Shown: in pieces, positions 1 to 12,410 of the stretch | Layout of the letters: every line of letters starts with the position of its first letter | Numbering within the stretch: position 1 is the first letter of the stretch | Source of the DNA: the human T2T-CHM13v2.0 reference genome, Homo sapiens | Reading direction: 5' to 3' (one strand) | DNA length: 64,000 nt | NCBI RefSeq assembly: GCF_009914755.1 | Contig: NC_060925.1 | Position numbers and translations under genes: made by a program | Notes under the pieces: model-generated | What the model saw: only the letters and a program-made list of their open reading frames with translations | Database searches by the model: none | Told to the model about the DNA's origin: nothing

Positions 1-1391
1 ACAGGGCTGTCTGGGAAGAGGCCCTCAGGACAGGTGTCCCAGCACCGGTGCCAGCCAGGTGATCTGGAGGGGAGCATGGGGAAGGGCCTGGAATCCTCCT
101 GACTCTCTGCTGGGCTCAGAAGAGAGCAGGACAGGAAGAGCCTCACCAGACCAGTGCATGCAGCTTCAACATGGCCATGCAAGCTCCCCACAGCTGACAG
201 TGACAGCAGTGGCCATCCTCATCCTCATCCTGTCACCAGTAGCAATAACAACAGTCATCGAAGGCTGCGGGCAAGCACTCAGCCTGCCTGTGAGGCCAGC
301 ATTTAGTCACTGTCACCATGTGGAAAGGAGGCTGGGTCTGTGCTTCAGGTCAGGCCTCCGCAGCCCCCGCCATGCAGAGGGAAGGCTGGCTGAAGACCCA
401 GACACTGGCTCGCTTCACAGACCTTGCAGGAAAGACAAGACCCCAGCAGACGCTTGCGCCATTAGATAATTAGGAGAAGGGCAAGGGGGTGTGAGGGAGG
501 CCAGGGCTCCAGCGGTGCCCCAGGTAGGAGGAAACCCTGGCAGGAGTGACCATGGTGACACTGAGAAACTCACTCAGTCCAGAAGCTGCGGGCCAGGGAT
601 AGAAACCCAGCCCTGGTCTTAGAAGCCGCCTCGAAAGCTTCATCTGGACTAGTAAACGGCAAAGCCCTCCTGCAGCTGGGGAGGGGCGGGTTTTGGAAAA
701 GAGAGTTGAGGATGAAAGGTTGTGTCAGCCAGAGGGTTCCTAAGCTGCCTCCTGGGTCTGGCTTCATTCTAGCTGGCAGCTTCCACATCTTTCTCCATTT
801 AATGTCCCTTGAATAACGTGACGAGGAGATAAGGTAGACACTGGGAATTTACGGTGCTGTGCAAAAAATTGCTCAATTCCATTAAGATTTCAGGACCCTT
901 GCCAAGGCTGCACGGCAGAGCGGACAGTATTTCCCGCTCAGACATCTTTGCCTGATTGCAGTTTACGATGCCAAGGCCACTGCTGTACCCACCTAAAGCC
1001 TCCAGAAAATATGGCAGAGCTCCCAAAACGGCCATTATCCTCTCTGAGAAAAGTCACTGGGCATTTTCTAGAAGATTCCCTCTTCCCGATTCCTTCCTTC
1101 ACCCCTCCCCGCCTCTGGGGACTGGGCGACAGGAGGACATCCAGTCGGCTTTCTCAGAGGGTCCCCTTGCAGGCCCCATTGCTCACCCTTCACCTTGCAG
1201 ACTGCGGCGGCCAACGTCTGCTATGTGGCCAGAGCCCTCTGGGGAGGGGCACCCTCTGCTCCCGCCGTGTGGACGAGTGGGTACTGAGTACAGGGGAGAC
1301 CTCGGGGCATCAGGAAAGTCTTCCTCCTGGCCACCTATGTGGGACCACCAGAGCCAAAGGTTTTGAATTCATCACCACCCTTATGAGCCAA

Positions 1392-1500
1392 GTGACTCTG
1401 GCCAACTGAATCAACTTCTTTGAACCTTATTTCCTTTTTGGTAAAATAAAATAAAATACCTCCCTCCTGAGCTGAATGGGAAGATGAATTGAGCTAAGAC
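1392..1500 (+). mobile_element. MIR (SINE) fragment
   Basis: GTGACTCTGGCCAACTGAATCAACTTCTTTGAACCTTATTTCCTTTTTGGTAAAAT...ATACCTCCCTCC resembles the MIR core (GTGACCTTGGGCAAG...CAGTTTCCTCATCTGTAAAATG). Confidence 0.65.
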
Positions 1501-3320
1501 ACACAGAGGTCTTTTGGACTCGGCAGCCCCCTGGGAAGTGGTGGCTGTTTTCACCCCACCAGGACCCTTTCCAGCAGCTTTTACTCTAGGGGATTGGACG
1601 GGTGGAATAGCAGTGGTCGGGGAAGGGGGTCCCCTGAGAAGGTCCTATCCAACCCAGTTTGCAAATGGCAAAATGCTAGGCTTGTGAGATGCAACTGTGA
1701 TTAGGAACAAAACTCACTTGTTCCGCAGCCTCAGGCGGGAATCTGGTGTCTGGCTGAGTGAGATGGAAGCTCTGCCTTCTGGCACTTGTCTCCTGTGTGC
1801 CACCCTCCCCGAGCCTCTCTGCTCCACACCATCCCCTGTGACTGCCACCAGGACCTCTCCTGGCCTGGCCTGCCGACGCTCCTCTGTCCCTCAGCCCTTA
1901 GGGACTGGGCTGCCCAGGCTTGACTGGGAGAGAGGAAGGATGAAGCTTCCGGAGCCGCAGTTCCTTAGAGATGGAAATTATTAATTAGTCTTATTATCCA
2001 GAACTTGTCAGTCTCTTAATCCTTCCGTCGGCAGAGGGGTTTATGCCTCCACAGCGTGTGCTGTCAGCTTGGCTAAACAATCGCTTTTCATATACAGCCA
2101 GAACAATGGGCAATACAGTTTGGTTACTATCTTTATTTATCAAGCCAAACAATTCCTGCCCCCTCTAAGAACATCCTTCAAAGATGTGGAGAATGCAGAA
2201 GCTGCTTAATTTCCCTTCTAGATGGCTTATAATATGGGGCTTTTGTTTAATTATCCTTTTCATGTAATCTTCAGCTGACATTGTGTCCTTAATATTCTAA
2301 TCTCCTTTGGAGCAAAGGGGAGACTGTAGTTTCCAAAGCAAAAGACAAAACTTTGCCTCAAGGAAACACTTTCTCTTTTGCCTCTGACGTGATTCAAAGG
2401 GCAAAGAGTGAAATCCAGACGTAGTGGGACAGAATGCAGTGGAAGACGTGGGCGGTGGGTGACCCACTCTGCGTGTGGACGTCAGCAGCTTGCTGGGCCT
2501 CCAGCTGCACCCAGCTGGTGATGTTGGTCTGTGTGGGCGTGTCAGAGACTCTAGCTCAACAAGGAAGTCCCATGACATGGTGTCATCACTGCTTTTAGCA
2601 CCATTAATATTTCAGTGGCTCTCGGGATGCAGGTTGTATATTCCCACGGGAGACACACCACCTGCTTCGGACTCCTGGCAAATGGTTTTGCCTAGACAGG
2701 TGAAGACAGGTGCGCCCAGGTACCCACAGGTGCACACAGCTGTACACAGGCGTCACTGCGCCACAAGCCTCCCCTCTCAGTTCTCCTGCCTTCATGCTGG
2801 AGTAAGGATCTGGGGTGGGGGTGGTACCTGAAGGAGGCTTCTTGCCATCCCCATCACCACCCCAAAATGGGCAGGACGTCCTGGGGGATTTTATGCTCTT
2901 TTTCCAGACATGCCAGGGTCCCTGTAGGTGATGGGGAATATTAACAGAGCTGTCCTCTCACTCCACCTGGCTGCTGGGAGAAGGCAGCCATGAGCCCAGG
3001 GTGTGTCTTCCCCAGGCCTCATTGGGCTGTCATGTGAGATGCGCTGGTGCTGGCGAGCCTCCTGCCCAGCCCAGCTCAGCCTAGCTCAGCTCAGCAGCAT
3101 CCCAAGCCTGAAGCCTCTGGAACCTAGGCCACCTCCCAGCATGCAGAGCCATCCTGCCTCATGTCTTTCTTTGCTGTTCCTGCAATTCTGCCTCTCTACC
3201 TAGTCCCTTATCTGCTTCTGCCAGAGCAGCCCCACTGGCTGGCAGCCACCGAACCCACATAGCCAAGTGCTCCTGTGGGTTCAGCTTCCCTTCAGCTCAG
3301 TGTTCTGCACCCCTAGAAGA

Positions 3321-3819
3321 TATATGTGTGTGTGCATGTGTGTGAATGTGTATATGTGTGTATGAGTGTATGTCAGTGTGTGAGTACACAAGTGTGTATA
3401 TATGTGAATGTATGTGCATGTGTGTGAATGCTTGTGTATGACTCTGAGTGCATGTGTATGTCCATGTGTGAGTCCGTATGAGTGTGTTTGTGTGAGTGCA
3501 TGTGTCCGTGTGTGTGCCTGTGTGTGAGAGCGTGTGTGTGTGTGTGAGTATGTGTGTGTGAGCGCCTGTGTCCGTGTGGGTGCATGTGTGTGTGCTTGTG
3601 TCTCAGTGCATGTGTGTGCATGTGTGTGAGTGCATGTGTGTACGTGTGTGTGAGTGCATGTGTCCGTGTGTGTGCATGTGTGTATGTGTGTGAGTGCATC
3701 TGTGTATGAGTGCGTGTGTGTATGAGTGCATTTGTAAGTGTGTGTGTGTATGAGTGCATGTATATGTGCATGTGTGTGTTTGTGCATGTGTGTGAGTGCC
3801 TGCATGTGCGTATATGAGA

Positions 3820-3851
<32 letters not shown>

Positions 3852-3860
3852 CAGAGAGAG
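3321..3860 (+). repeat. Complex (TG)n microsatellite with TGCATG/TGAG interruptions, ending in (GA)n
   Basis: Read directly: ~520 bp of TG-alternating sequence, then ~20 bp of GA. Confidence 0.97.
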
Positions 3861-3949
3861 ATATCCTCGCCCCTAGTTCCCCTCTCCTCCTCTTCTCCCC
3901 CTGCTCCTTCCAGCTTTCCTTCTCCTCCAGGCCCCGATGAGGCTCTTGG

Positions 3950-4989
3950 AGAGGTCACTAATGACCTCTGCCTTGCTATACCAGAAGGTCACTGTGCCAT
4001 CGTCATGTTTCCTGGCCTCCCAGCAGCACCTCTTCAGGCGGCCATTCCCTCCTTATGAACGCTCCCTGCTGCCGAGACTTCCCGGCTATCTCCCTCCTTT
4101 CTGTTCTTGGCAATCCCTCTTGCTCAACCCCCCGATGCTGGACTATCCCTGAGCTGCTGAGGCCTTCTCTTCTCTGTCTACACTTTCTCCTGGGATCATC
4201 TCATCCAGCCCCACGGCCCCAGTGCCAACTGTATGCTAGTGACTCCCACGTTCATATCTATGTCCTGCCTCACTGCTCTGCACCAGATTTTTACCCGACT
4301 CAACATCCTCTCTTAATGCAGAATCTGCATCTCCAACTTCTCACGGCTAGAGCAGGACTCATGATGATTTCCTCCCTGAACTGCTCTTCCTCCTGCCTTA
4401 GAGCATCGATGGCTCGCCGTCATGCAGAGGCTCAAGCCAACCCTCCATTATGCCCCTCTTTCCCTCACTGCCTCTTTCCTGCTCAGAAATATGTCCTGAA
4501 CCCACCTCCTTCTCTCCCTCTCTTCTGCTTCCCAACCCTAAGCCACGGCTCCCTCCTACCCAGAGCTGGAGTCCCTCCTTCTTAGCCTGTGCTGCACTCT
4601 CCACAAAGCGGTGGGGGCAGCCACTTAAATCCCAAATCAGATCACATCACCCTTATGCTTCAGGCAGTTCAAGAAGTCTCCACGGCACTTAATGTCCAAA
4701 ACCTTACCGTGACCTCTGAAGACCTGTACCCTTGACCTTGGTCTTCCTCTCCCTGCTCACTCTCCAGCCATACTGGCTTCTTTCTCTCCTCAAAGAGTCA
4801 GGTCCTTTCGTGCCTCAGGGCCTTTGCACATGCTCCTCCCTCTGACTGGAGGCTGCCCTGGACCTTCCATGGTTCACACTAAGATTCAGGTCTCCTTTCA
4901 ACTTTCAACTCCACATCAAAGCCCTCTTGACACTCCATCTACTGTTCCCTCACTCTCTGGCAAGCCCTTCTGTTCCTCCCTCCCCAGCA
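3950..4989 (+). mobile_element. L2 (LINE2) 3' region, part 1
   Basis: AGGTCACTAATGACCTC..., GCTAGTGACTCCCACGTT..., CCTCAGGGCCTTTGCACATGCT match remembered L2a/b consensus landmarks in order. Confidence 0.8.
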
Positions 4990-5570
4990 TTTTATGATGA
5001 AATGTTTATGATATACAGAAAAGTTGAGAGAATTGTACACACACCCGTACAGCTGCCACCCAGATTCTGCCGTTAACATTTGACCATATCATTTGATCAC
5101 TTACGTGTTCCACCTATCCAGCAATTTTTCGAGGATTTCAAAGTAAGCAACAGCCACAGCACACCTCCCCCAAGTCTTTCAAGGTGCATAGCATTAACCA
5201 AAGTTCAATATTTGCATACAGTTCTTTTTTTTTTTTGCTTTTGAAGTAAAGTTTATACACTGTGAAACAATTGAATGCATACATGTTAAGTGCACTAGTT
5301 GATGAGTTTTGATCGATGCGTGCGTCAGTCATACCCTAAGCCCACATCAAGATTTGGAACATCGCCATCACCCCAGAAAGTACCCATGTGTCCCTTTGCA
5401 GTCAATACCCACTTCACCCCCAGAGGCCACCACTGTTCTGATTTCTCCACTATAGGTTCATTTTTTCTGTTCTAGAACTTCGTAGAACTGGAATCCTGCA
5501 GTATATGCACTCAGGTATATACTTGGCTTCTTTCACTCCACATCGTATTTTGCCATTCATCATGTTGCTA
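4990..5570 (-). mobile_element. Old L1 3' end (L1ME1-like) inserted into the L2
   Basis: GATTTCAAAGTAAG...GTTCAATATTTG, CATCACCCCAGAAAGT...CCACTGTTCTGATTT...TTCTAGAACTT...TTGGCTTCTTTCACTC typical of antisense L1ME 3' UTR; L2 sequence resumes after it. Confidence 0.8.
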
Positions 5571-5574
5571 CTGC

Positions 5575-5740
5575 CTACTGTGTTATTTATGCCTTGTCTA
5601 TCCCCCCAAGCCCAGCCCCATCCTTCAAGCATAAGCTCCACAGGGTCAGGGGCATGATCTGTTTTGTTCACTGCTACATTTGGAGTGCCTGGAGCCATGC
5701 CTAGCACATAAGTACTTGTTTATTGGATAGGTGTGAATGG
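5575..5740 (+). mobile_element. L2 3' terminus, part 2
   Basis: TAAGCTCCACAGGGTCAGGG...TCTGTTTTGTTCACTGCT...GTGCCTGG...TGCCTAGCACATAAGTAC is the classic L2 3' end. Confidence 0.85.
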
Positions 5741-6492
5741 TGTCCATCCATCCAGCACCGGGCTTCCTGAGGGCAGGGCCAGGTCACTACTTCCTGGGGT
5801 TTCTCCTAGGCTCTCCCACAGCTGCCCCTAGGTCCAGCTGTGCCCCACGAGCACAAGCGTCAGCACTCGGTAAAGACACCAGAATGGATGCGCTCTCCAC
5901 GCAGTGTGTCCCCACCTCCCTCCATCCTCCTGAAGAGGGAGAAGACATGCTCTTTAGAGATACAGTTTAAACTGGCCTTAGCTTGGGCAGAACTAAAGCA
6001 TCAGAGAGCCTTTGGAATGCCCAGAAAGGGTGACCCTGGTGACACCAGGCATGAGAATTCTCTGTGAGCTTAGCTTGGAGGATTGAGAAGGAAATTCGGG
6101 GCAGAAACGTTTGTTGATCCTGAATTGCTAAAAGGTTTCTTAGTTTGGAGACCAAGTTCTCAGAAAAACACTGTCGGTTCCAAAGAAATGAGCTCCCATG
6201 GGGTCTCATTTTGCCCTATCTGTGCCCTCAGTTTCTCTGCAGCAGAGGAGGTGGCATTGGGGTGCAGGCGTCTCCTGTGGAAAGTCCCCAGCTCAGGTCC
6301 CTGATGCAGGGGCTCTGTCAACACCTCCTCTCAGTCAGAGTGATGTGAGCTGTAAATGTGCCCAGGCCCCACCCCATGTCATCCCAGGGTGAGCCTGGAG
6401 CCAGTGCCAGCCAACTGGGGCCACCTCTACAGCCTGAGAGGGCTGCAGAACTCCAGACAGGAGGCTGAGCCAACCCCTCTGCATTCAATATG

Positions 6493-7073
6493 TCTCAGCC
6501 TCTCTCAGGAAGCTGGGCCCCAGCAGCCCGAGGTCAAGGGGGAATCCTTCAGCCCCCTGCAGGCTCAGGACATATTTGAGAGCAGGAAAGAGGCAGTGAG
6601 GGAAAGAGAGGCATGAAGGAGGGTTGCATGGATGGAGATTTGTCATTGCAGTCAGACCGGAGGAAGAGAGCTCAGGGAGGAAATCAGGAGTCCTGCTTCA
6701 GCCACGAGAAGTTTAAGATGCAAATTCTGCATTAAGAAGGGATGTTGAGTTCAATCTAAAATCTGGTGCAGAGCAGCCCGTGGCAGCGACAAGAAGCCAC
6801 CACGGCCAGAGACTGCAGTCTGGGAGCCTGGGCCGGAGGGAGACCCTCAGCTCGGGGAGCTCTTCTCCCCACCCTGAGGAAGGGCAGAGACAAGGAATGC
6901 AGCCCCCTCAGATCGCAGCCAAAGCCACTGGGAAGAAGCAAGTTCCCTTCCTTTCCTGGGGAGAACTGTAAAAGCCTCTGGGCAGGGAGATCAGCCAGGA
7001 ACCAGAGCAGGGGCTGGAGGATTCCCCCTTGACCTCAGGCTGCCGGGGCCCAGCGTCCTGAGGGAGGCTGAGA
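6493..7073. repeat. Inverted repeat, arms 6493-6560 and 7007-7073, 446-bp spacer
   Basis: Hand alignment of arm 1 to the reverse complement of arm 2: 62/68 identical (5 mismatches, 1 gap). Confidence 0.95.
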
Positions 7074-7774
7074 GCTGGCATCTTGCTGACCCCAGGACAG
7101 GGCAGTAGCCCAGGGCGGGGAGCAGGGGGTTGCAGAACAGAGTCTCGTCCCACCCTGGGGAGGGAAACCTCACCTTCCTGCAGCCTCCTGCTGACTGGAG
7201 GACTCCTCAGGTGCACAGGGAGCTGGAGAACGCAGCCCACAGGCCGTGGCAGGACCCCAGGGGTGGCTCCTGGAGTCGGCCAGCCCCTGACCTGGCTCCC
7301 GTGAGCAGCCTGAGCTCCACACACCTCCTGGGCCTGTTCCCTCCTGGGGCAGAGGACCTTTCTATCATTTTTATTCCCACTTTGACCCTTGGCCAGGGAG
7401 ACTGGGGGAGCCCCACCTTGGCCCTGCACTTACTACCCTCGTAGGTAGGAAGTGCTCACTTCATTATGGGCTAAAATATTGTAGACCCAGCATTCACTCT
7501 GAGCCTCACCAAGCAAGAGACATAAAACACAGCCACTTGCAGACCGTGGCCTGGGGCCGCAGGGCCATCACCAGCTCATCCCAGGGCAGACCCGGTGTGG
7601 GTAGGTGGGTGAGTACCTGGCACAGAGGGGGGCCCACCTCAGGTCCGCCTTCCCTCGGGGGGCTCACCAGCCTGACTCAGGCTGGCCCCCAGTCCCAGGA
7701 GACTGAGCCTCTCCCCAGGAGGCCTGGAAAGGGTTGTCCTGATGCAGCCGCAAGGTCAGGCCCTGGGTGTTCAC

Positions 7775-7923
7775 ACTGACCTGGGTTCTAATCCCCCTTC
7801 TTCAACCACGTGGAGCTGTGTCACCTCGGGCTAATTAACCCAAAACCAGGGGCTCAGTTTCCTCATCCGCAGAATTTTTAAAGCACTTTGCACAGGGTCG
7901 GACATAGACCAGCATTCAGATAA
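7775..7923 (+). mobile_element. MIR fragment
   Basis: GACCTGGGTTCTAATCCC...GCTGTGTCACCTCGGGC...CTCAGTTTCCTCATC...AAAGCACTTTGCACAG. Confidence 0.75.
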
Positions 7924-7930
7924 CAATCGT

Positions 7931-8237
<307 letters not shown>

Positions 8238-9611
8238 TCATGACCGTTGTGTTGTTACAAAACCACGTGATAACCCCTGATAGAGCCGCCCGTGCTGAGC
8301 TGGGCCCACAAAGACCCCGTCCTAGGCTCTCTCCCCTCTCTGGCCATCAGTTGAGTTGTACACTGTGACCCACCAGGCCACTGCTTCCAGCATTCACAGC
8401 CAAAGACCTTGGCCAAGCACCGGCCCACGCTCACCATGGGCCATGCCTGCCCTGGTGACTCTGGGAATGTCCCCAGAGCTGCCCGGACCTGGATCCAGCC
8501 CCTTCTGTTGCCTCCAAAAGGCTTGGATTCAGAATTCCACAGGAGGATCTTCTCTGGCTGCCCATCCCCAGTCCCCCACCCTTTCCTGGCCAATGGCCTC
8601 CCTGTGTCCCCTGATGTCTGAGCCTGAAAGCCACGGCCCTTGTGCGCGCATTACATAGCTGCAGTTGCCAGTTGTCACCCATGTCTCCATCGTGCCTCGT
8701 CTCTCAGGGTGTGTCAGAGCAGTCACTCCCACTGCCTTAGGGGAGACAAGAAGGAAGCCCCATCCCACCACCCTCCTGACAGCCACTCGTGCTCCCTGCC
8801 ACATGCTGCTCTCAGCTCCCTGGGATCAGCTGCCTTTGGGGGCAGCTGGGGAAGGTGAAAGGGTTTGGTCATGGAGCCTCTTCTGCCAAAGCCATAATTC
8901 TGAACTTGGAGTAGTATGGGCAGTGCCGGGCTGAGAGCCACAGCAGAGAGAGTGCAGCATGCTTGGGGTTTGGGGCTGACGTTCCTTGCCAGAGTCACTG
9001 GCAGGATCTTCTGCTGCTGGGACCCTGCCAGGCTCTGGGCCCCTGGGTGAGTCCAGGAGAGCCCCTCCCACTGAGTCACAATGACTCTGCCCCTTCCCCA
9101 CCAGGCGAGGCAGGACTTCAGAAACCATCCGGCCCAGTGCCTTGCTTTGCATGGGAAAGCTGTCACCTAGGGCAGGCCAATGACTTATCCAGGGACACCC
9201 AGTGACTTAGCAGAAGAGCTGGGCTTGAACCCCAACTTCCTGACTGCATGGCTGGGCTCTTTCTGAGACTTCCCTCTCAATAGAGATGGTGGGCAACCCA
9301 CAGCACTTTTAACACTCCAGACCAGCTTCTCAGGCCACCCCGGCATGCACCTCAGCCGCCAGCTGTTGGTGTCTGATCAGAGAGTGCACGCTCACAACAT
9401 TAGCCCAAGTTGAGCTTAATTAGATAAAAGATCATTCTACTGCCAGAAACAGACCATGCTTTCCCAGCTCCAGAAGTGACGTTTGCATATAACTGCTGTT
9501 TGAGATGATGATTGCCTCTTTCAGGAAGAGACATGCAACTGCTCCTCAATTCGGTGTGACAGTTTGCAGAATGGCCAGATTTTCGTAGGTGTTCAGATTT
9601 TGTCCTGCAAA

Positions 9612-9822
9612 GCAGTGGTATGCTGGAAATGCCTAACAGTTGGCTCTCCAGGAGAAAGAAAAAATTTCTGATTGGTAACGTTTGCCAATTTCTATGGTGT
9701 AAATACCACCACTGTAGCTGTCTTCAAGCTACCAACATGATATCATGATATCCATTGCAAAATTCTCAAAAATGTACCAGGCTGCTTTCATGAGCCAGTA
9801 CAGGCCAGCTCCAACAACCCAG
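9612..9822. mobile_element. MER63-family hAT (Blackjack) non-autonomous element
   Basis: CAGTGGTATGCTGG...TTTGCCAATTTCTATGGTGTAAATAC...TTCAAGCTACCAAC...GAGCCAGTACAGGCCAGCTCCA; similar to the copy at 63172. Confidence 0.8.
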
Positions 9823-10350
9823 TCTTGTATTGCCTCTGCACATCCAACCTCCTAGGACCTGTTTGGGCCTCTCTACTTCTGGCCAAGACTGATAATGCTC
9901 ATGCCTTAAGGAATGAAAGGCAGGGTCTCCCTCTTGAGCCTCCCCTGGGGCAAGTCATCTGTCGCCATGGAGACTTCCAAGGCTGACGGGGGCCTGCTTT
10001 AGGCCTCTGAGACCTGACTTCCAGGGTGGTCTCTGTCCCCTGTTGCTACAGCTCAGCTCCTCCAGACCTAAGGCTTAGCTAATCTCAGGCTCCCTGTCTG
10101 TCCTGTGTCCGGGATGACCCAAGTGCATCTTTCATCAGGGTCATGGCAGTGCCGCTGTTGGGTTCCACTTTGATGGTCAAAATGACACTCTGGGTGAACC
10201 TTGTCTTTCCTCCCTGGAGCTCCATCTCCCCAAGGCAGGATCTGAGGGAAGGTCCTGCCTCTGAAAGCCCTGTGAGCAACCCCCTGGATACAGAAGCGGC
10301 GGCTTCCCCAGTCTGCCCTCCCAGCACACCCAAGCTCTACCCCTGACTTC

Positions 10351-10512
10351 TCTAGGGAAGTGGCTTAACCTCAGCCTCTCTGGGCCTCAGCTTCCTCACC
10401 TGTACAACAGAAATGAGAATAGCACCTGACTCAAGGGTTGTTGGGAGGGGAAAAATCCCTAACAAATGTGAAGCACTTAGCGTGATACACGGCACATAGT
10501 AGATGCTCAATG
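10351..10512 (+). mobile_element. MIR
   Basis: CTCTCTGGGCCTCAGCTTCCTCACCTGTA...AGGGTTGTTGGGAGG...TGTGAAGCACTTAGC...GGCACATAGTAGATGCTCAAT. Confidence 0.9.
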
Positions 10513-11471
10513 AGCACAGATGCTCCTGATAGGAGGGGCTCCTTTCTGACCCGCAGCTGGTCTGTCTCCCATCTATGCGTCTCGTGTTCCTCCCTCCTGT
10601 AGCAAGTGCATGAAGGCCCCTCCACGGTTATCGGCTACTCTTCAAGCTCCTCAGTTAACCATGGAGCAAAGAGTTGTGGCCACCAAGAGGGAACTAAGAA
10701 GGCAGCACTTTGGGGTAAGAAACCTTTACTCAGGGTCAAGCCCCACCCCAGCTCTGGGGCCATGCCCAGCTACACCAAAGCTTTAAGGCAAAGGGAAAAA
10801 TCAGTCAGACTGACCCTGTCTTTATTTAAAATGTTGATATTTTGTTCATCAAGGATTCTTGGATTAATTTTGATATTTTAAAGTATTGCACTGCAGTGGC
10901 ATTTGTCTTGATGGCTGAGTGTTTGGGCACCTCTTGAGATTTCCACCCTAGTGCCAGCTCTGTCTGGACGTCCATGGAGGACCTGCCCGTGCTCTCTAGC
11001 ATCCCATTCAGATGCTGGACCTGCTGCAGCCTGCAGGTGAGGCTGAGGCTGAGGATGCGGTGTCTTCTCAGCTCTCTGGTCCCGCACAGGGCCTGGCTTA
11101 CAGCAGGTGCTCAGTTCTTGACTGAAGAGCAGAGGGACAAGACTGCAAGAAACTGAGTGTCCCCAAAGGCTGCACTTTCCAGAGCATTCTTATCGCCCCC
11201 CAGAGGAAGGGATCCCAGGCCCTTGTCTGTCCTTCACCCTGATCTCCTCCATCCCCTTCCCCTCTGTCCAGGTTCTTTGCTGTTTCTGCTGAGCCCCTCG
11301 GTTGCTCACGTCACAGCTCTGCCTCAGGACCCCAGGCCCTGCTGGGAGCATCTTAGCCATTCCCCGGAGTGGTGTCGTTTGCCGCCACCTCCCACACAGC
11401 CTCTCAGGAAAAGCCTGCCTGCCTTTGGAGCCAGGCTCTCCCTTCCCTTTCTCTGAGACTCCTCCCATCTA

Positions 11472-11613
11472 CTCTCTGCAGTCTCTCTGGAATCTTGCTA
11501 GAGTCTCTCTGGGTCTCTCTAGAACCTCTCTAGAATCTCTCTAAAATCTCTCTGGAGCCTTTCTGGAATCTCCCTCTAGAATCTCTCTGCAATCTCTCTA
11601 GAATCTCTCTAGG
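11472..11613 (+). repeat. Degenerate 11-bp tandem repeat (CTCTCTAGAAT) x ~13
   Basis: Units parsed by eye, e.g. CTCTCTGGAAT, CTCTCTAGAAC, CTCTCTAGAAT, CTCTCTGCAAT. Confidence 0.9.
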
Positions 11614-11901
11614 TGCTTGATCCCAGGAGCTCTCAGGTGACCAGAGCCTTTCCAGCAGCAGCGCCTGGACAGGGGGCTGGAGCAGCTGTGAGGCTGGGCC
11701 AAGTGTGGGTGCTCCTGGTAGGATGTGGGATGGAGGCCTGGAGTGGCCAGGGATGGCTCCAGACCCTGGTGTCTGGCACCCCACTGGCTCCAAGGAGTCC
11801 TCATTACCCCCAGCTTCGCTCCTGGAGCCCCAAGGAGCAAAGGGACCCTGAGAGGGGCTGGGATCAGGGACAACAACTCAGCCTATTTCTGCCCATCCCA
11901 T

Positions 11902-12410
11902 CACACACACACAATACACACACACGCACATACACACACATGTACACACAATACACATGCACACACATACATCTGTACACATGCATGCACATACATCTGT
12001 ACACATGTGTACACATACATGCATGATACATGTAACACATACACATACAATATACATATACATATAAGCACATATGTGCACACATATAAACACTTGCATA
12101 CACACACATATACACATAAATATATACATATGCATACATACCCATAGTACACATAAATGTACACATATATACACATACATGTACATATGCACATGCTTGT
12201 AATTTGCAATATAAATACACACATGTAATACAAATATGTACCTTAACATCACACACATATGCACATGATATACACATACATATATACACACAATACACAT
12301 TGCAGACGTGTACATATGTACATTTATACACACATGCATACCCATGCACACGTCACACACAATACACATTCACACATACACATATACATACAAGCACACA
12401 CACACACACG
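11902..12410 (+). repeat. Complex (CA)n/(TA)n/(CATA)n microsatellite
   Basis: Read directly. Confidence 0.97.
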
